Below, one piece after another: positions 13,525 through 27,083 of a stretch of DNA of 64,000 nucleotides. The stretch is from positions 65,276-129,275 of the forward strand of contig CBFFRP010000046.1 of assembly GCA_965644295.1 (NCBI GenBank), read 5' to 3'. Both the position numbers and the translations under genes were made by a program. Below the pieces are notes generated by a model that ran no database searches, was not told the origin of the DNA, and was given only the letters and a program-made list of their open reading frames with translations. Every line of letters starts with the position of its first letter. The first letter of the stretch is position 1. The DNA comes from Paraphysomonas bandaiensis. Taxonomy: Eukaryota > Protista > Chrysophyceae.

Positions 13525-15484
13525 CTACTTTGTATCTTCCATCGTCTGGTCGGGGGCAAGAGTAATAGAACGGCGGGTCGTTGAGTACACAAGTACAGTC
13601 TCGTAAAATGTTTTGAACTCATCGAAATCAATGCGACCATCTTTGCTGACGTCAATAGCAGAGAACAGTTCTTCTATAGAGCTAGTTGTGGTAGTGCCAT
13701 CCAATCCGGTCACCAAGAGTGGAGTAGATTCATCTTGCAATAGGCATGCAACTGCTACCTTTAATTCCTCCAGATTTATATACCCAGTCTCATTGATATC
13801 AAAAATATCAAAATAGAGCCGAGCAGCCTCGTCTCCCTCTTTCTTCGCTGCAGCAGCTTCATCTTCTGGACGAAATGCAAGCATAGTAAGTAGGAAGTCC
13901 TTGAGATTTATAGTGCCAGTACTGCCTATGTCAAATATACCAAATACCTGCGGGGTTGCGAGCTCGGGCAGACCACACTGCAAAATAAGAGACTCAAAAG
14001 TGGCATAGTCGATGTCCCCGACTGAACTGCTTCCATTCCCGCTATCTTGAACAGCATCGGTGGAAAAACTCCCCTTCTCATCCACACTGGAGGCAGAATC
14101 AGATGCTTCTGGAACTGGCACCACAGGTGTGGATGTGCCACTACTTCCTGCGGCGCTCTTGCGGGAGGATATACTCTGGATAACGGCGCTCTTGAGATTC
14201 TTCAGCTTATCCGCAAAACTTGAGGTACTTGCAGGTGGAAGAGGTGGGAGCCCAGTCCCCTCTGTGCCTTGAGCTTCGCGCACAACCACACTGCTGTCGT
14301 GACTATTGTCGCTGTCTTTTTGCTTGATAGCGTCCTGATCAGTCTGCTCTCTGAGCTGATGTTGCTGGTGTATGACTGGCAGAATGAGCTTGAGACTATC
14401 TCTGCGTATCTTGTTGCCCTCCTCGATATTATTTTCCACGAAGAAAGTTTTCATCTTCTGGCGTATACCCAAGTGCTTGATGCGCTGCAAGTACTCGGAG
14501 CCGAGGTCCTTCTTGGGCGCTGTCTCTGTTGTTACCCAAGGATGCCGCAGAATTTCCTGGGCCGAGATGCGCTCATCGACATCCTTGACAAGTATTTTCG
14601 CCACCAAGTCCTTTGCGGAGTCAGATATGCCTTCCCAACCCACCCCGATCATAGGAAAGTAAGTTCGCTCCGTTATTTGCTCTGGGTGTTTTGGATGGAA
14701 CGGCGCGAATCCACTTAGCACTGACAAGAGAACACCATGTTAAGTTAGAGACAAATAGTATGAGAAGACGTAGACAACTTACTGCAATAGAGACATACAC
14801 CCGCCTGCCATATATCCGAGGCAGGAAGATACATTCTGTGGAGAAGAGACTCAGGTGCAACATATCCCACAGTACCTTGTATGCTGGAACTCTTATGGTA
14901 ACTTTTGTTCGGAGGCAATCGCACCATCATCCCAAAGTCGATAATCTTAACAGGTGAGTTGGGTTCTCTATTTACCAGCATAAGATTCTCCAACTTCAAA
15001 TCTGACAGAAAAATATATCACTGCAGTCAGAATATGACACTGAGTCAGTACCTCTATGTAAAAAACGTCTCTGATGTAAACTGTCCAGCGCCACTACAAT
15101 CCCCCTAAACACTAATGCAAGGTCCTTCTCAGATACTTTTCCGCTACATTCAATTTTATCAAATAGCTCTCCGCCCTCCAATAACTCCATGACAATAACG
15201 GGATAGCTGCGTCTGTATATCTTGCCGGAGACTATGCCGCGAGGGGAGTCCATGAAAGTGGCCTCCAGCTGCACGATACCCACAGCGCCTCTCAGAGAAT
15301 CAAGCAGATCGATCTCTTCATAAATATCTCTCTCATTGGGTTCCCTATTCGTGTATCCGAAGAACTTTAGAGCGACTTTCTTTCCCCCTCTTGTCTTCCA
15401 CTTGGCCGCATACACTTTACCCGCCCCTCCCTGCTGCAGGAAATTTGTGATGATGAAATCGTTTGGGTTAGCAACGTCAGTCAT
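13525..15484 (-). CDS. Ca2+-regulated Ser/Thr kinase with C-terminal EF-hands (CDPK/CCaMK-like)
   Basis: VALK, MELLEGGELFD, HR|DLKLEN, IIDFG, YVAPE, DIW; EF loops DIGSTGTINLKDF, DINETGYINLEEL, DVSKDGRIDFDEF; two introns. Confidence 0.9.
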
Positions 15485-15942
15485 ATATCAATATCAGTAT
15501 AGAATTAGAGAGTCATGCAGTACTAAGAGATGCTGTGCTCTTGTCTGCATACTAATATCTATATGCATATATTTCCATATATATATACCACTATATGCGT
15601 GTGTGTACTCTGCTGCACAGCAGGATACGCGAACAAGAAGGATGTATATGTACGTATGTATGCCTATGTACTCTGCTGCACTGGATTGTGTGGTATAGTG
15701 TACCTATATCGACTATACAACACAGAGGGTACACAAAACAGGAGATTTCTATAGGTATTTTTGCAGCATATACTGCATTTTCCATGTTTTCAATTTCGAA
15801 ATCTTGAAAAGTCCACTGCATGTACTTCGTCTAGAGAAGTAAGTGGAAGTAGAGAGGCAGCCATGTCTATACATACATATCTTCAGCACTATATATACGC
15901 ATACAATCCGCCTCTGGCCATTGCTCATACTGCCAGGCGATC

Positions 15943-18900
15943 ATGGCTAGCATTGATAAGTTGCAGATACGAGGAATTCGATCATTCAGTCCTCATCGCG
16001 ATGAAACGATAGAGTTTTATTCTCCTCTGACTATGATTGTGGGGGTGAGTGTGTGCTTATACACGCATATATATACAGAGAGACCCCACCATACACACAT
16101 ATGTATACCATGCGTCCTCTGTATATGGCAGTATACCATCCTTCTATCCGTACGGAGACAGTGACTGACTGTGGCTGACTGTGACTGTGTGCAGGCTAAT
16201 GGCTGTGGGAAGACAACTATCATCGAGTGTCTTAAGATGGCGTGTACGGGTATTCTGCCACCTTCTTGTAGCTCAGGACAGAGCTTTGTGAACGATCCTG
16301 GTATGACCGATAGCATGGAGGTCAAGGCGCATGTTAAACTGCGGTTCAACAATAAGGCAGGCAACCCCACTGTTGCCATTCGACTCTTTCAGTTGCTAAA
16401 GAAGAAATCCAAGCTAGAGTTTAAGCGTCTTGATGGGACGGTTCGCATGACGAATGATCGCGGCGAAAAGGTGTCTATCAGCTACAAGTGCTCTGACCTG
16501 GACAAGCAGATACCCGAGCTTCTTGGTGTAGCTGCCCCTATGATGGAGAATGTTGTATTTTGTCACCAGGAGGAGAGCACTTGGCCACTGCAGGAGGGTG
16601 CCACACTGAAGAAGAAATTTGATGACATATTTGATTCAACGCGATATTCAAAGGCCCTGGAGTCTATTACCAAGACCAAAAAAGAGTTCGCTGCAAAGAG
16701 CAAGGTTTGATCATGCTCAACTGACTTCACACATTAACAGCACCCCTGACGTAGTCATGATATGTTCATGTAGGAGTTGAAAGTGGAAGTAGCAGAGCTT
16801 GGCGCTCATTTGACGCACGCTAACAGCACCCGAGCGGAACTTGAGCGTCATGAAGAAGCTGCAGAAGAGTATAAGACGCTGATGGAGACACTGGCGGATA
16901 GAATTGACAGGGCAGATGACAAGGTGCAACTGATCATGCTCGTTAATCGTTTTGGGGTAATTTGACTTGCTGTAGCTGGCCGAATACAAGGAGGCAGCTC
17001 GGCGGGCGAGTGCTCTTCAGAATGAGCTGCAGTCCCTGCAGTGGCGTGTGGAAGAAGGCGAACGTAGAGTCGTTGAGCGACAGGCAGGGCTGGAAAAGGA
17101 ATTTCATGAGTCCGACGACGAATTACAGAGAATTCTACAAGGTTTTGATTCCGAAATGGGACAGCGTAGTAAAGAGTTAGAAGATCTCATCAGTAAGGTC
17201 AATAAAGTTAAGCAGGAAGCCACAAAGGCCAGGGACCGACTTTCCATTCTCAATACACGTAGGGGTGAAGCCTTCGCCCTGAAGCAACAGTATGACTCCA
17301 CCCTGCTATTAGAGTCCCGCACCGTTGCGACAGTTGCTCAGAAATTGGATATCTCTCCTCCAGGTGTCTCGTCTACGGGTCGAGTAGACACTGCGTCTCT
17401 TTTACGAGGAATTGACGAACGACTGCGCTCATCTCGGGTAGCAGGGGAAGAAGCTGTGTCTAAGGCACAAAAATGTTTAAACACAGCAGCCGAGCGAAAC
17501 AAGGAAGGGCGCATGAACCTTCAACAGCTGGAACTAGAGCTTGCAGGTGATGAACGGGAGTTAGTACAGATCAATAAGGACAGGGTAAACATACGAGCAG
17601 AGCTGGCTAGTGAGGGTGGGATAAACTCAAGCCAGTGGTCTGCAAAATCTGAGGCGGAGGTTGAGTTCAACCAGGCGAAGTCTCAATGGGATGAGTTCAT
17701 GACCTCCTATTCGACCACAAGCACCAGGTTGCAAGAGGAAAAACGGCAGACTGAGATCGATATACGATCTCTACAAGAGGAAATTGCCGCAGATGGGAAG
17801 CTGCTTCAGGACATGAGCTTTCAAAGAAAAGAGAGTGAACGACTGACGGCGCAGATGGCTCAGGCAGAGAGTAGTGTTGATGGTTATATTCGAGAGGTTA
17901 ACAGCATTGCAGACAAACACCGTTCTCTTCTGCAGCAATACATGTCTGTCGAACAGCTTGGGGCGTTGGTTACTCATGCTGGCCTGGCAGAAGGCGTGCG
18001 TGTGTTGGGAGGCAACTTGTCTCAACAGCTAGACCAAGAGATACAGAATATGCGAGAAGCTCTGGAAGAAACACGCCGGAATGTTGCCAAGATGCAGGCT
18101 GTGAAAGACCAAGACAGTAGAAGAATACGTGCTTTGGAAGCAGGTATGGACCGTCTACGATCTGCTGAGGATGGACTACTACAGTGCGTCGGGGAGCTGA
18201 CGAAATTGGTAGCCGAGGCACCTGAGGGCTCCGACCAAACCAACGTAAATGGGATAGAAGATCTCAATCGCGTGGTGGCGGCGTTTAAGGACTGGGAAAC
18301 ATTCTGCGGGGAGACAATGATGGCAACGGAATCCTCTCACATTTGGCGAAATAGACTGATCAAGAAGAGTAAACCGAGAGCAAAGCCAAGCACCCGTATC
18401 TGCCCATGTTGTGAAAAAGTGTGTAGTGTTTTGCGGTTTAATGCCATGGTGTGATGATGTTCTGCAGGGTATGACGGAGCAGGAGGCGGCTGCATTCGAA
18501 AATAATTTGGAAGTGATATTTTGGGGCAAAAAAGCCACGCCAGCTGACCTCGAACGGACGAAAATGATGTATGAAGAGGCGAAGGCGCTGTCTTCGAAGG
18601 CAGCAGCATTTATCAGTCAGGTCAGTGTGTCGTGCCCAGATGTATATGTGTGATAATGTGAGCCAGATAAGCGGCATGGGCGATGAGAGGGATGAAATTA
18701 AAGATATTCAGGAGCGTCTTGCTAATGCTGATGACCAAATTAATGATCTGCGACAGCGGGAGGAAACATTAAATGCCGAATTGACGGTCAAGTCTCGACT
18801 GGCCACCGAGTTGCGTGAGTGTGTTTACGAGCTAACAAGTGTGCAAGGACAGTGGGTGGGAGCAGTGCAGCGTCTGGAAGACATTAAGGGAAAGCAGACG

Positions 18901-20764
18901 AGGTTACTCTCTTTAATGCAGCCGTCTGCTTTGACTGCTAGTGGTGGTGGGCCGCGCACTCTGAATGATATAGAGCAGGACCAGCGTCGACGAGAAGAGG
19001 AGAAAGACGCTTTACAGAAGAAAAAGGAGCGGCTCATGGAAGAAGACTCCCGGCTCACACGACAGTTACACACTCTGAAAAGTAACCTTGCTGATAAAGA
19101 TAGGGCCCTTATGGAAGTGGTTAGCCGTGTGGCTCGTGTAACGGACTTGAAGGATCGACTAAAACTTCTTGATGATAAAGAAGGCGAAATAATGACGAGA
19201 AAGGGAACGAGAATCCGCAGCAAGGTCCAACTGGAACAGAGGGCCATGCAGTTGGAATCGGAGGATAAATCTGCTAGAGATACACTGATGCGGGTAGAGG
19301 CACAATCTCGTCATGAGTTGGAGGAAGTGCAGGCATTGCGTGCGGAGGTAATGAGAGTCAGTGAGCAGTGCTCGGAGAGTGGCAAGAGGTATGAGGACAT
19401 GAACCTTGACGGTGTGGAGCGGGAGATCGACGGTGTCAATCGCGAGCTTGAGAGTAAAGATAAAGCCCTTGCCGAGCTGGATCCGAGAATACGGGATCTC
19501 GAGCAGCAGCTGTCACAAAGAGAGCGGACAAAGAAGATAGTAGCGGACAATATATCTGTGCGTAGTGCCCGTCGTGAAGTGGAGGAGTTGAAGATTGAAC
19601 TGGCTGAGGTTGAGCGGCGTGTAGAGTCCTGTGGTGGTGGGCGGCGTGTACATGACGTTGCGAGAGAGATCCAGCGTGTAGAACAGGAGAAACAGAAGCT
19701 GGAGAGGGAGCAGCATACTCACAAGGTTTATAGAGGCTTTTCCTGATATTATTTACAACAACTGTTTACTCTGTCAGGGTCGTATGGATGTGACGATAGA
19801 ACAGATAAGTGAATTGAAGAAAAAACTGAAGGGGCCCCTGTATAAGAATATCGATGACAGACACCGGTAGAGTATATGGACCAGTGTGTGCAGTTATGTG
19901 ACTAGTTTTCTTTTCACCGTAGGGTGAAGAATATCGAATATGAAACCACTTTGCTGGCAGTGAGCGACTTGGACTGCTACCACCAAGCCCTTGACTCTGC
20001 CTTGCAGCGGTTTCATACTTTGCGCATTGATGAGATAAACAAGGTTGTTTAAGAATTTTCCCACTTTCCCGAGCTGATAGGATATATGCGCTCGTGTTAA
20101 ATGTAGATTATTAAAGAGCTCTGGCAGTTAATATACCGCGGGGGGGATATCGACATGATAGAGCTCGTTTCTGGTAGCGAGGACGGAGGGGGAAGAGCAA
20201 GCAAAAGCTATAACTACAGGGTAGTCATGCGCAAGGGAGATACTCCACTGGATATGCGTGGGCGTTGTTCGGCTGGTCAGAGAGTGCTGGCGAGTATTGT
20301 GATCCGGCTTGCACTGGCTGAGACCTTTTGCGTTAGCTGCGGCATGCTGGTTGGTTGTTAGCGATTTGTTTATATCCATTAATTGTGCTTGTAGGCCCTG
20401 GATGAACCCACAACGAATTTGGATGAGGCGCACAAGGCGGGGCTAGCCCACGCTCTTTCTCGAATTATCAGTAGCCGATGCCAGCAGCAGAATTTTCAGT
20501 TGATCATTATTACGCACGATGAGGTATGTAAACTATGTGCACGGCGTAGTCTAGTTACAATGAAATAGGATTTTGTCCGCATGATGAACACGGAGCTGTC
20601 CTCTATGACGGATTTCAGTCTGCCCGAGCATTACTTTAGAATATCAAGACAGGAAGAGGGAAACTCTAGTAAATACTTCAGGTGAAAACGTACCTTAAAT
20701 GCACTTCCAACTTCTGAATTTTGTTTACAGCCATATTGAGAAAATTCCATGGGATGATATGTAA
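15943..20764 (+). CDS. RAD50: DNA repair protein RAD50
   Basis: IRGIRSF, Walker A G|[18 protein letters not shown], coiled coils, zinc hook CPCC (18401-18412), [24 protein letters not shown]; many short introns. Confidence 0.97.
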
Positions 20765-21272
20765 CTGGAATAACTCGAACATTGCGGTTTATTGCTGCAA
20801 TTCACACTAAAAATATTTTTGCTATTTTTGGCACACATCAGTCCTGCTGTACATTGCTGACAGAATGATATAGTCGCCCATTTAAATAGTTTTAAAACTG
20901 TCTAGTCGTATTCACTTTTATTACTTGATATTTCTTTAATCCTATGACTATACTCGGCTTATTCACGGCATGTTGTAATACGTACGTTTTGAAGCATATA
21001 GTAGGTCTGATCGATTCATAGCAAAGTGTGTTGAAATGAAAACTGTGCCTACAATGTCTTTTTTAGTCTTTTATTTGGAATAATAATTGAGAGATTGAGC
21101 AAACGGCAAATTATGCTTCGACCTAACAAATGCAATACTGATTTCGTTGGTAATTTGGGGGGTATCAAGCAGCGTGCATAAAAAGTACTTGAATTACCGA
21201 TTAAACTAATTAATTATTACATATTGAATTAGTTTTCAATGAAAGTAATATAGGTGTATGTATTATCCATCC

Positions 21273-21794
21273 ACCCTCAACAAAGTCGGACTTGCACCTT
21301 TTCGTGGTGTACTGGGGTCTGGGGGATAAGTACCGGAGAGATTCTCTCTGGGAAACAAACGTGAGCCGTAAACATTAACAGCATATATTGGTCTGCCCAC
21401 TCATAGCCGAATGCTTGTGTGGTACATGGGACACCAATAAAAGTGTCACTTGTGTAGACGTCTTTGGGCCGTGACGAATAAACAGGCATCCGGGAATGGG
21501 CCCACCTCAAGGGCATCTGGAACAGAACCCACCTGAAGTGTAGCCGGGGTATTGGGCTGCCTGCTGAAGTCAAGCATCCAGGATGTTCACCTTGAGAACT
21601 CAGAGCGGAAGTGGTCGAACCTTGGTGCTTGCGGCGACGCACAAGCAGCTTCCGTAGCGTTCAGTAGTAGAATAAAAAAAGTGTATACTGATTAGTTGCA
21701 GGTAGAGGTCTAACTAGTTTGTCTAGCATTCATCTAGCTACTATGTTGGTGCAGGTTTTTAACACCTATTGCTAATAATAAGACTTTCAATATA
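21273..21794 (+). repeat. Most complete copy of dispersed repeat family (LTR/TRIM-like or MITE-like; class unresolved)
   Basis: Runs accctcaaca...ctttcaatata; its modules recur at 11.6-13.0, 21.9-22.6, 26.65, 31.5-32.0 and 44.3-45.2 kb. Confidence 0.85.
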
Positions 21795-21920
21795 TGCCTT
21801 ATCGATAGAGCTGTATCCACCAAGTTACCAAAGTAACGTAAAACTCTCGCCCAGTTGATAGATAATTAGAAGTGCATACTATTGTGCTACAACAAAGTCG
21901 GACTATTGTGTACGTAATAA

Positions 21921-22610
21921 TATATTAAAAGTCTTGTTATTTAGCAATAGGCGTTAAAAACGTGCACCAAAATAGTGGCTAGTTGAATGCTAGACATACT
22001 AGTTAGACCGCTACCCATAACTACTCAGCACAAATTCTATTATCCTACTATTTAACGCTACAGAAGCTGCTTGTGCGTCGCCGCAAGCACCAAGGTGCGA
22101 CCTACGTATTAATATTAATTATCGATTTCAGGTTAGCGGAGTCAATTATTTAGTGCTAAAAGGTCCACAAGATGCACTTTACACCTCAATACCGTCTGAG
22201 ACTCGCACCTTTTTGTGCTATTCTGGGAGATTAGTACCGGAAGTATTTCTCCCGGAAACTAGAGTGAACCGCATATATATAGTCAGCAGATATTGTTCTG
22301 CTCACTCATAGCCTAATAAGTGTCACTTGTGTAAGCGTGTTTGGACCGCCTGCTGAAGTCAAGCATCCGGTAATTGGCCCACCTCCAGGACATCCAACAT
22401 CTGGGGTATTGGGCTGCCTGCTGCAGTCAAGCATTCGGGCTGTTCACCTTGAGGACTCAAAAGTCCTGAAGGCAACAGATATCATGTATATATGTATATC
22501 AACATTCTGCTTGCTCACAGTGTTTGCTTTGAGTGAGAGGGCAAAAGTGGTTGCACCTTGGTGCTTGCGGTGACTCACAAGCAGCTGTCGTTATATAGTA
22601 GGAAATAAGA
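21921..22610. repeat. Inverted partial copy (21921-22102) followed by forward copy (22103-22610) of the repeat family
   Basis: 21921-22102 is the reverse complement of ~21615-21795; 22103-22600 aligns with 31455-31960 and 21275-21650. Confidence 0.8.
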
Positions 22611-22623
22611 GTTAAGCATTGAC

Positions 22624-25600
22624 TGTTGAGATCTGAAGATTCTATATACTTGCAATTGAGTGCAGTATTATGTGAGATGCAAGGATCGAAAGATATATAT
22701 GTAATTAGTACATTATATTATGTAGTATGAAACTGAAGTAGAAGTGGATGACTATACAGGATACGATCACTGAGTGGGTGGTTTGTACACTATAGTAGTA
22801 AATGAATGGTGTTGAACACATCGAACACAACTTAGGTTCTTTATCATGTAATGTTTATAATTTCATCTTATCAGTTGAGAATAGAAAACCTTAGCAAATA
22901 ATGTCAACTTCTGTTATGGTAGCGAATGCTAGTTGTAGGGATGGGGAAGATGACAAGAAGCTACGGTTTGACAAGAACCAAGCAGACTATTCAGCGAGAA
23001 AAATCAAGATGCATCTAATGAAGAAAAACCGAAACCATCTTGGCTTGGAGGACCCGCCAGCCGGAGGAAGGAATTTAGAGTCATGGAGAGAGCGTAATGA
23101 TACCTGTGTTAGTACTATTTGGGAGGCTTGCGAGCATGACCCTGATGTGTTGGAGGTAGCCAATCAATATTTGGAGGGGAAGGCAATTTTACCTGCTGAT
23201 GATCCTGCTAAGGAGGTGTTATCCAGTGAGCTCCTTCAGACACTGGTTGATAGGTTCAGAGGCGAGATTGGGACGGTATTGGAGAAGACTACGGCAGAAT
23301 ACCATTCGTTCAAAATAAGGCCGGGGGAAAAGGTGTCTGTTGGGGTAGATCGACTGAACGGTATAATCCAGAAGCTCATAAAATTGGGACAACCGCAGAC
23401 AGAGGCAAGTAAATTAGCAAAGATAAAAGCAGCGCTGCAGATAGAGGAATTACATGATTTATGGATGTCGGTAGCGATGATGCCTAAAGCAACAACTACA
23501 TTTGATTCGGTGAAAGAGGCTTGTGAAGAGTATGACGAGGCTATGACGCAGCTGAAGAAACTAAAGGGAGACAAATCTGAAGAGATCAATTTTACGGCGT
23601 CGAAGGAGCCAGTGGTTTGTTCATTTTGTCGGAAGAAGGGACATGTAGCAGCGAATTGTTATGCTAAGGAACGACAAAGAAAAATGGATAAGTTCAAAAG
23701 AAAAGGGAAGACAAAGGAAAAGGCTTCGAAGAGTGTGCAGCAGCCAGGATCAAAGGATTATACTGGTTGTCATATCTGTGGAGATTTTAGTCATAAAGCC
23801 CGACAGTGCAAGTCGAAAAAACGGAAGAACATAAAAAACCCGGATAATGAGAATCCTCGAAAATCGAACAGGAAATTCGAGACAGAATGGAAGAAATACG
23901 TCAACGACGGAGAGTCGTCGGATGATGAAGCGAATATGTTTGGAGAAGAGGTTTTGCTATCGGTGGATACGTCGGAAGAACCTCGTGTATATCTGGACAG
24001 TTGTGCAAGTAAAAGACTGTTTATAGTAAAGGATAAAATTGCACTGGAGTCATTTACTCCTGAGTTTGGGGCAATCCAACTAACTAGAAAGGGTTCTCAA
24101 TTGGAGACACAGGGAACTGGTACATTCGGGGAATGGAGAGACATCAGAGTTAGTGAAGAAGCGGTGAAGAACATTGTGTCAGGAGGGATGCTGAGATCAA
24201 TGGGATACGGATTACAACTGCTTCGAAAGCCTAAAATCGTGGAATTGGACTCTGGAAACGAGGTGTTGACTGGAGAGTACGATGAGCATGGAGGGATGCC
24301 GTATGTGGACTTGATGGAGGTGTTAAATCTGCCAAATGTGTCTATGTGCAATCAGATGGAGGAGGTAAATTTGTCGGATAATACAGGACAAGATGCGTTG
24401 GATCGCTTACATGAGCGTACTGGACATGTCTCGAAATCGAAGTTATTAGAAGCTCACCGACACATGTTATTCAGAGGATCAGGACTACAACGACATCACC
24501 TTTCGAAGGCAAAGGAGAAGAGTTGCAAGAAACCCCTGTGTAAATGGTGTGCCAAGGCGAAGATAACCAGGCATTCGTTCAAATCACGGGACAACGAAGA
24601 GCTAAGCGCAGTCAGGTTCCTGGAAAGAGTAACAGCGGACATCTCCGTCTATCTCAATTGTGAATCCAGACAAGGGTATAAGTACGTGCTCCTATTTACG
24701 GACTTAGCAACAAAGATGATATGGGAATATGGACTGAGGACTCGAAGCGGAGAGGAGGTGTTCAAATGTCTACGACACTTGTGCGAGGTCCACTTAGTGA
24801 AGTACGAGGGGTGGAACCGTATAGTGGAGTATCATGCCGATGGAGGATCCGAACTTATTAGTCAGCAGATAAGAGAGTATCTGTTGCAGCGATATGGGAC
24901 TCGGGTGTCACATACAACACGAGACACGCCAGAGCTCAACGCGGTGTCTGAGAGGAAATTCCGAACAATTGGGGAGATGACACTGACGATGTTGACGGCA
25001 TCTGGACTTCCAAAGTCGTTCTGGTTTGATGCTTATCAAACTGCATGTTACATTGTGCGACGAATGCCAACTCGGACGTGGCAAGGATGGATGTCTCCAT
25101 ATGAGTGTGTCCCAGGGGGAGCGTTCCCAGCCTATCGTGGCTACGGAAATGGGGGTGCAAAGCATATGTGCTAACACCCAAGGCCGACAGGAGGAAGGAC
25201 TGGGAGGACAAAGCAATGACAGGTTATTTCATAGGGTATCCAGCTGATCGAAAAGGATACAAGGTGCTAGTGGGGGACACCGTAGTACACTCTGTACATG
25301 TATTATTTGATGAATCGGTACCTGAGAGGTCTCAGGATTATTATAGAGAGCTGGAGGAGGCTCAAGTGGCTATAGATCCCGAGGCTCGTCAACCGGGTGA
25401 GTTTGAGTATCTTATCGGAAAGCACCATGAGGATGGTGGTCTGCTATACAAGACTAACAGAGTGGTGATAAGGAAGGGACTTATTGTAGGATACCGGTCG
25501 TTGGTTACTGGTAACCAGGTTCAAGTGGAGGATAAAACTCCTATTCATATTGCTGACATCAAGAAGATGACAGAGGATCTTGCGCAGAGGGTGGTTAGGG

Positions 25601-26635
25601 CCAGAGTTACTGACAACCGTGACGGCGGTATCAGCGGAGTGGTGCCACAGCAGTCGGAAAGTGGGCAGGTGCAGCCCCAGGCTGACTCAGCATTACCTTC
25701 GGGGGAAGGGACCCCTGCCGAGAATCATCCGCACGGCAAACGCGCAAGAACTCCAAGGACGGTAACGAATGTGTCGGTGTTAGGACAAATCCATCATTTG
25801 AGTGATGAGAGTGATGTGAGTGACCTTTTACAGGAGGCAGACTCAGTGTGGATGTCAGCGGAAGAGTCGACAGTGCCTCAGACACATCGTGAGTCCTTGG
25901 AGAGTGCCGAGCACAGGGAGTGGAGACGAGCTCGCCGTGTAGAGCGAGAGGGTTTGGCGAAGCGAGACACCATGGAGGTGACTCGTATACCGGACGGAGT
26001 CGTCCCACTGCACTCCAAGTACGTCTATGGAAAGAAGTACGATAAGGAGGGAGAGGTCCGCCGATATAAGGCTCGTCTTGTAGCAATCGGTTGTGGACAG
26101 CAGTCGAGTGGTTGGGCGAACCATTTCGCACCCGTTGTTAAGGGGGTAACAGTGCGACTGTTAATCGCCATAGCTTTCGTGATGAACATGGTAATTCATC
26201 AACTGGATGTGTCTAACGCATTTCTATATGCAGATATAGAGGGGGATGTATATATGAAGGCAACTCCGGACTTTCAGCTGCCTGAGGGGTACTGCTTTAA
26301 GTTGAAGAAGTCGTTATACGGGCTTCGGAGTTCCCCGCGGTCGTGGTGGAAAACATTGGATAAATTCATACGATCTATGCATTTTAAACCATGTGTATTA
26401 GACCCGTGTTTGTATTATCAGTATAAGGGCGATGAATTGATATTATTAACGATATATGTGGATGATATCCTAGTGTTAGGTCGTGATGTCAACATAGTGA
26501 AGGATATTAAAGCTCAACTGTGTGCCCGGTTTGATATGAAGGATATGGGCGAGATGGAACATTTTCTGAATGTTTATAATTTCATCTTATCAGTTGAGAA
26601 TAGAAAACCTTAGCAAATAATGTCAACTTCTGTTA
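22624..26635 (+). mobile_element. Ty1/Copia LTR retrotransposon, 3'-truncated inside RT (no RNase H, no full 3' LTR)
   Basis: Gag with two CCHC knuckles, protease YLDSCAS, integrase HERTGH...CKWC plus DDE core, RT (YKARLVA, HQLDVSNAFL, LKKSLYGL, YVDD). Putative 5' LTR starts TGTTGA at 22624; TTGAC flanks both ends. Confidence 0.92.
22901..26613 (+). pseudogene. Copia gag-pol polyprotein with one frameshift and a truncation
   Basis: ORFs 22901-25174 and 25105-26613 join if one G is added to the G5 run at 25115-25119. RT homology ends at MEHFLNV (~26573). Confidence 0.88.
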
Positions 26636-27083
26636 TTGACACATAAACGCCTATTTTGCTAATAATAGGACATTCACTACTACTATGCGGGAAAGGTTGC
26701 TATATGAATTACTTCATACACATCAGAAAAGGCATCAATTACTACTGAGTGTACATTATTCCCAAACGCAATGAGAAAATACTAAAATGCACATTTTCGG
26801 ATCATAGTAGAAAGAGGAAACTATTTCGCAAAATGACCATGCCAGTATCAAATTATATTTAATATTATTTCCAGTGCATTAGCGCTATATATGAGCACAA
26901 CCGGCTAGCTAATAACCGTCGTTATAACCTACAACTAACTATAGATTACCCCAAACCAAATGCTAAAAGCTATATCGGTGCCACAATGGACATCAACATC
27001 AAGCAGGGCATAGAGAAATAGGACATTGTTCGTTGTCAAAGCAACGTGGCTTCCATATAGGAGGCGGCGTCTCAATAGAGAGC

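Noticed and set aside
18401-18412. Unusual RAD50 zinc hook CPCC
   Set aside because: It still fits CXXC; within normal variation.
21277-21642. 121-aa ORF recurring in repeat copies (also 11836, 12767, 44990)
   Set aside because: Copies differ by frameshifts and rearrangements and no domain is recognisable; the shared peptide just reflects DNA similarity.
22866-22876. TCTTATCAGTT match to U2 snRNA
   Set aside because: An 11-nt match with no flanking U2 sequence; chance.
25111-25125. Programmed ribosomal frameshift in Copia pol
   Set aside because: It lies just after the integrase core rather than at the gag/pol boundary; a one-base loss in a G run (mutation or sequencing error) is simpler.
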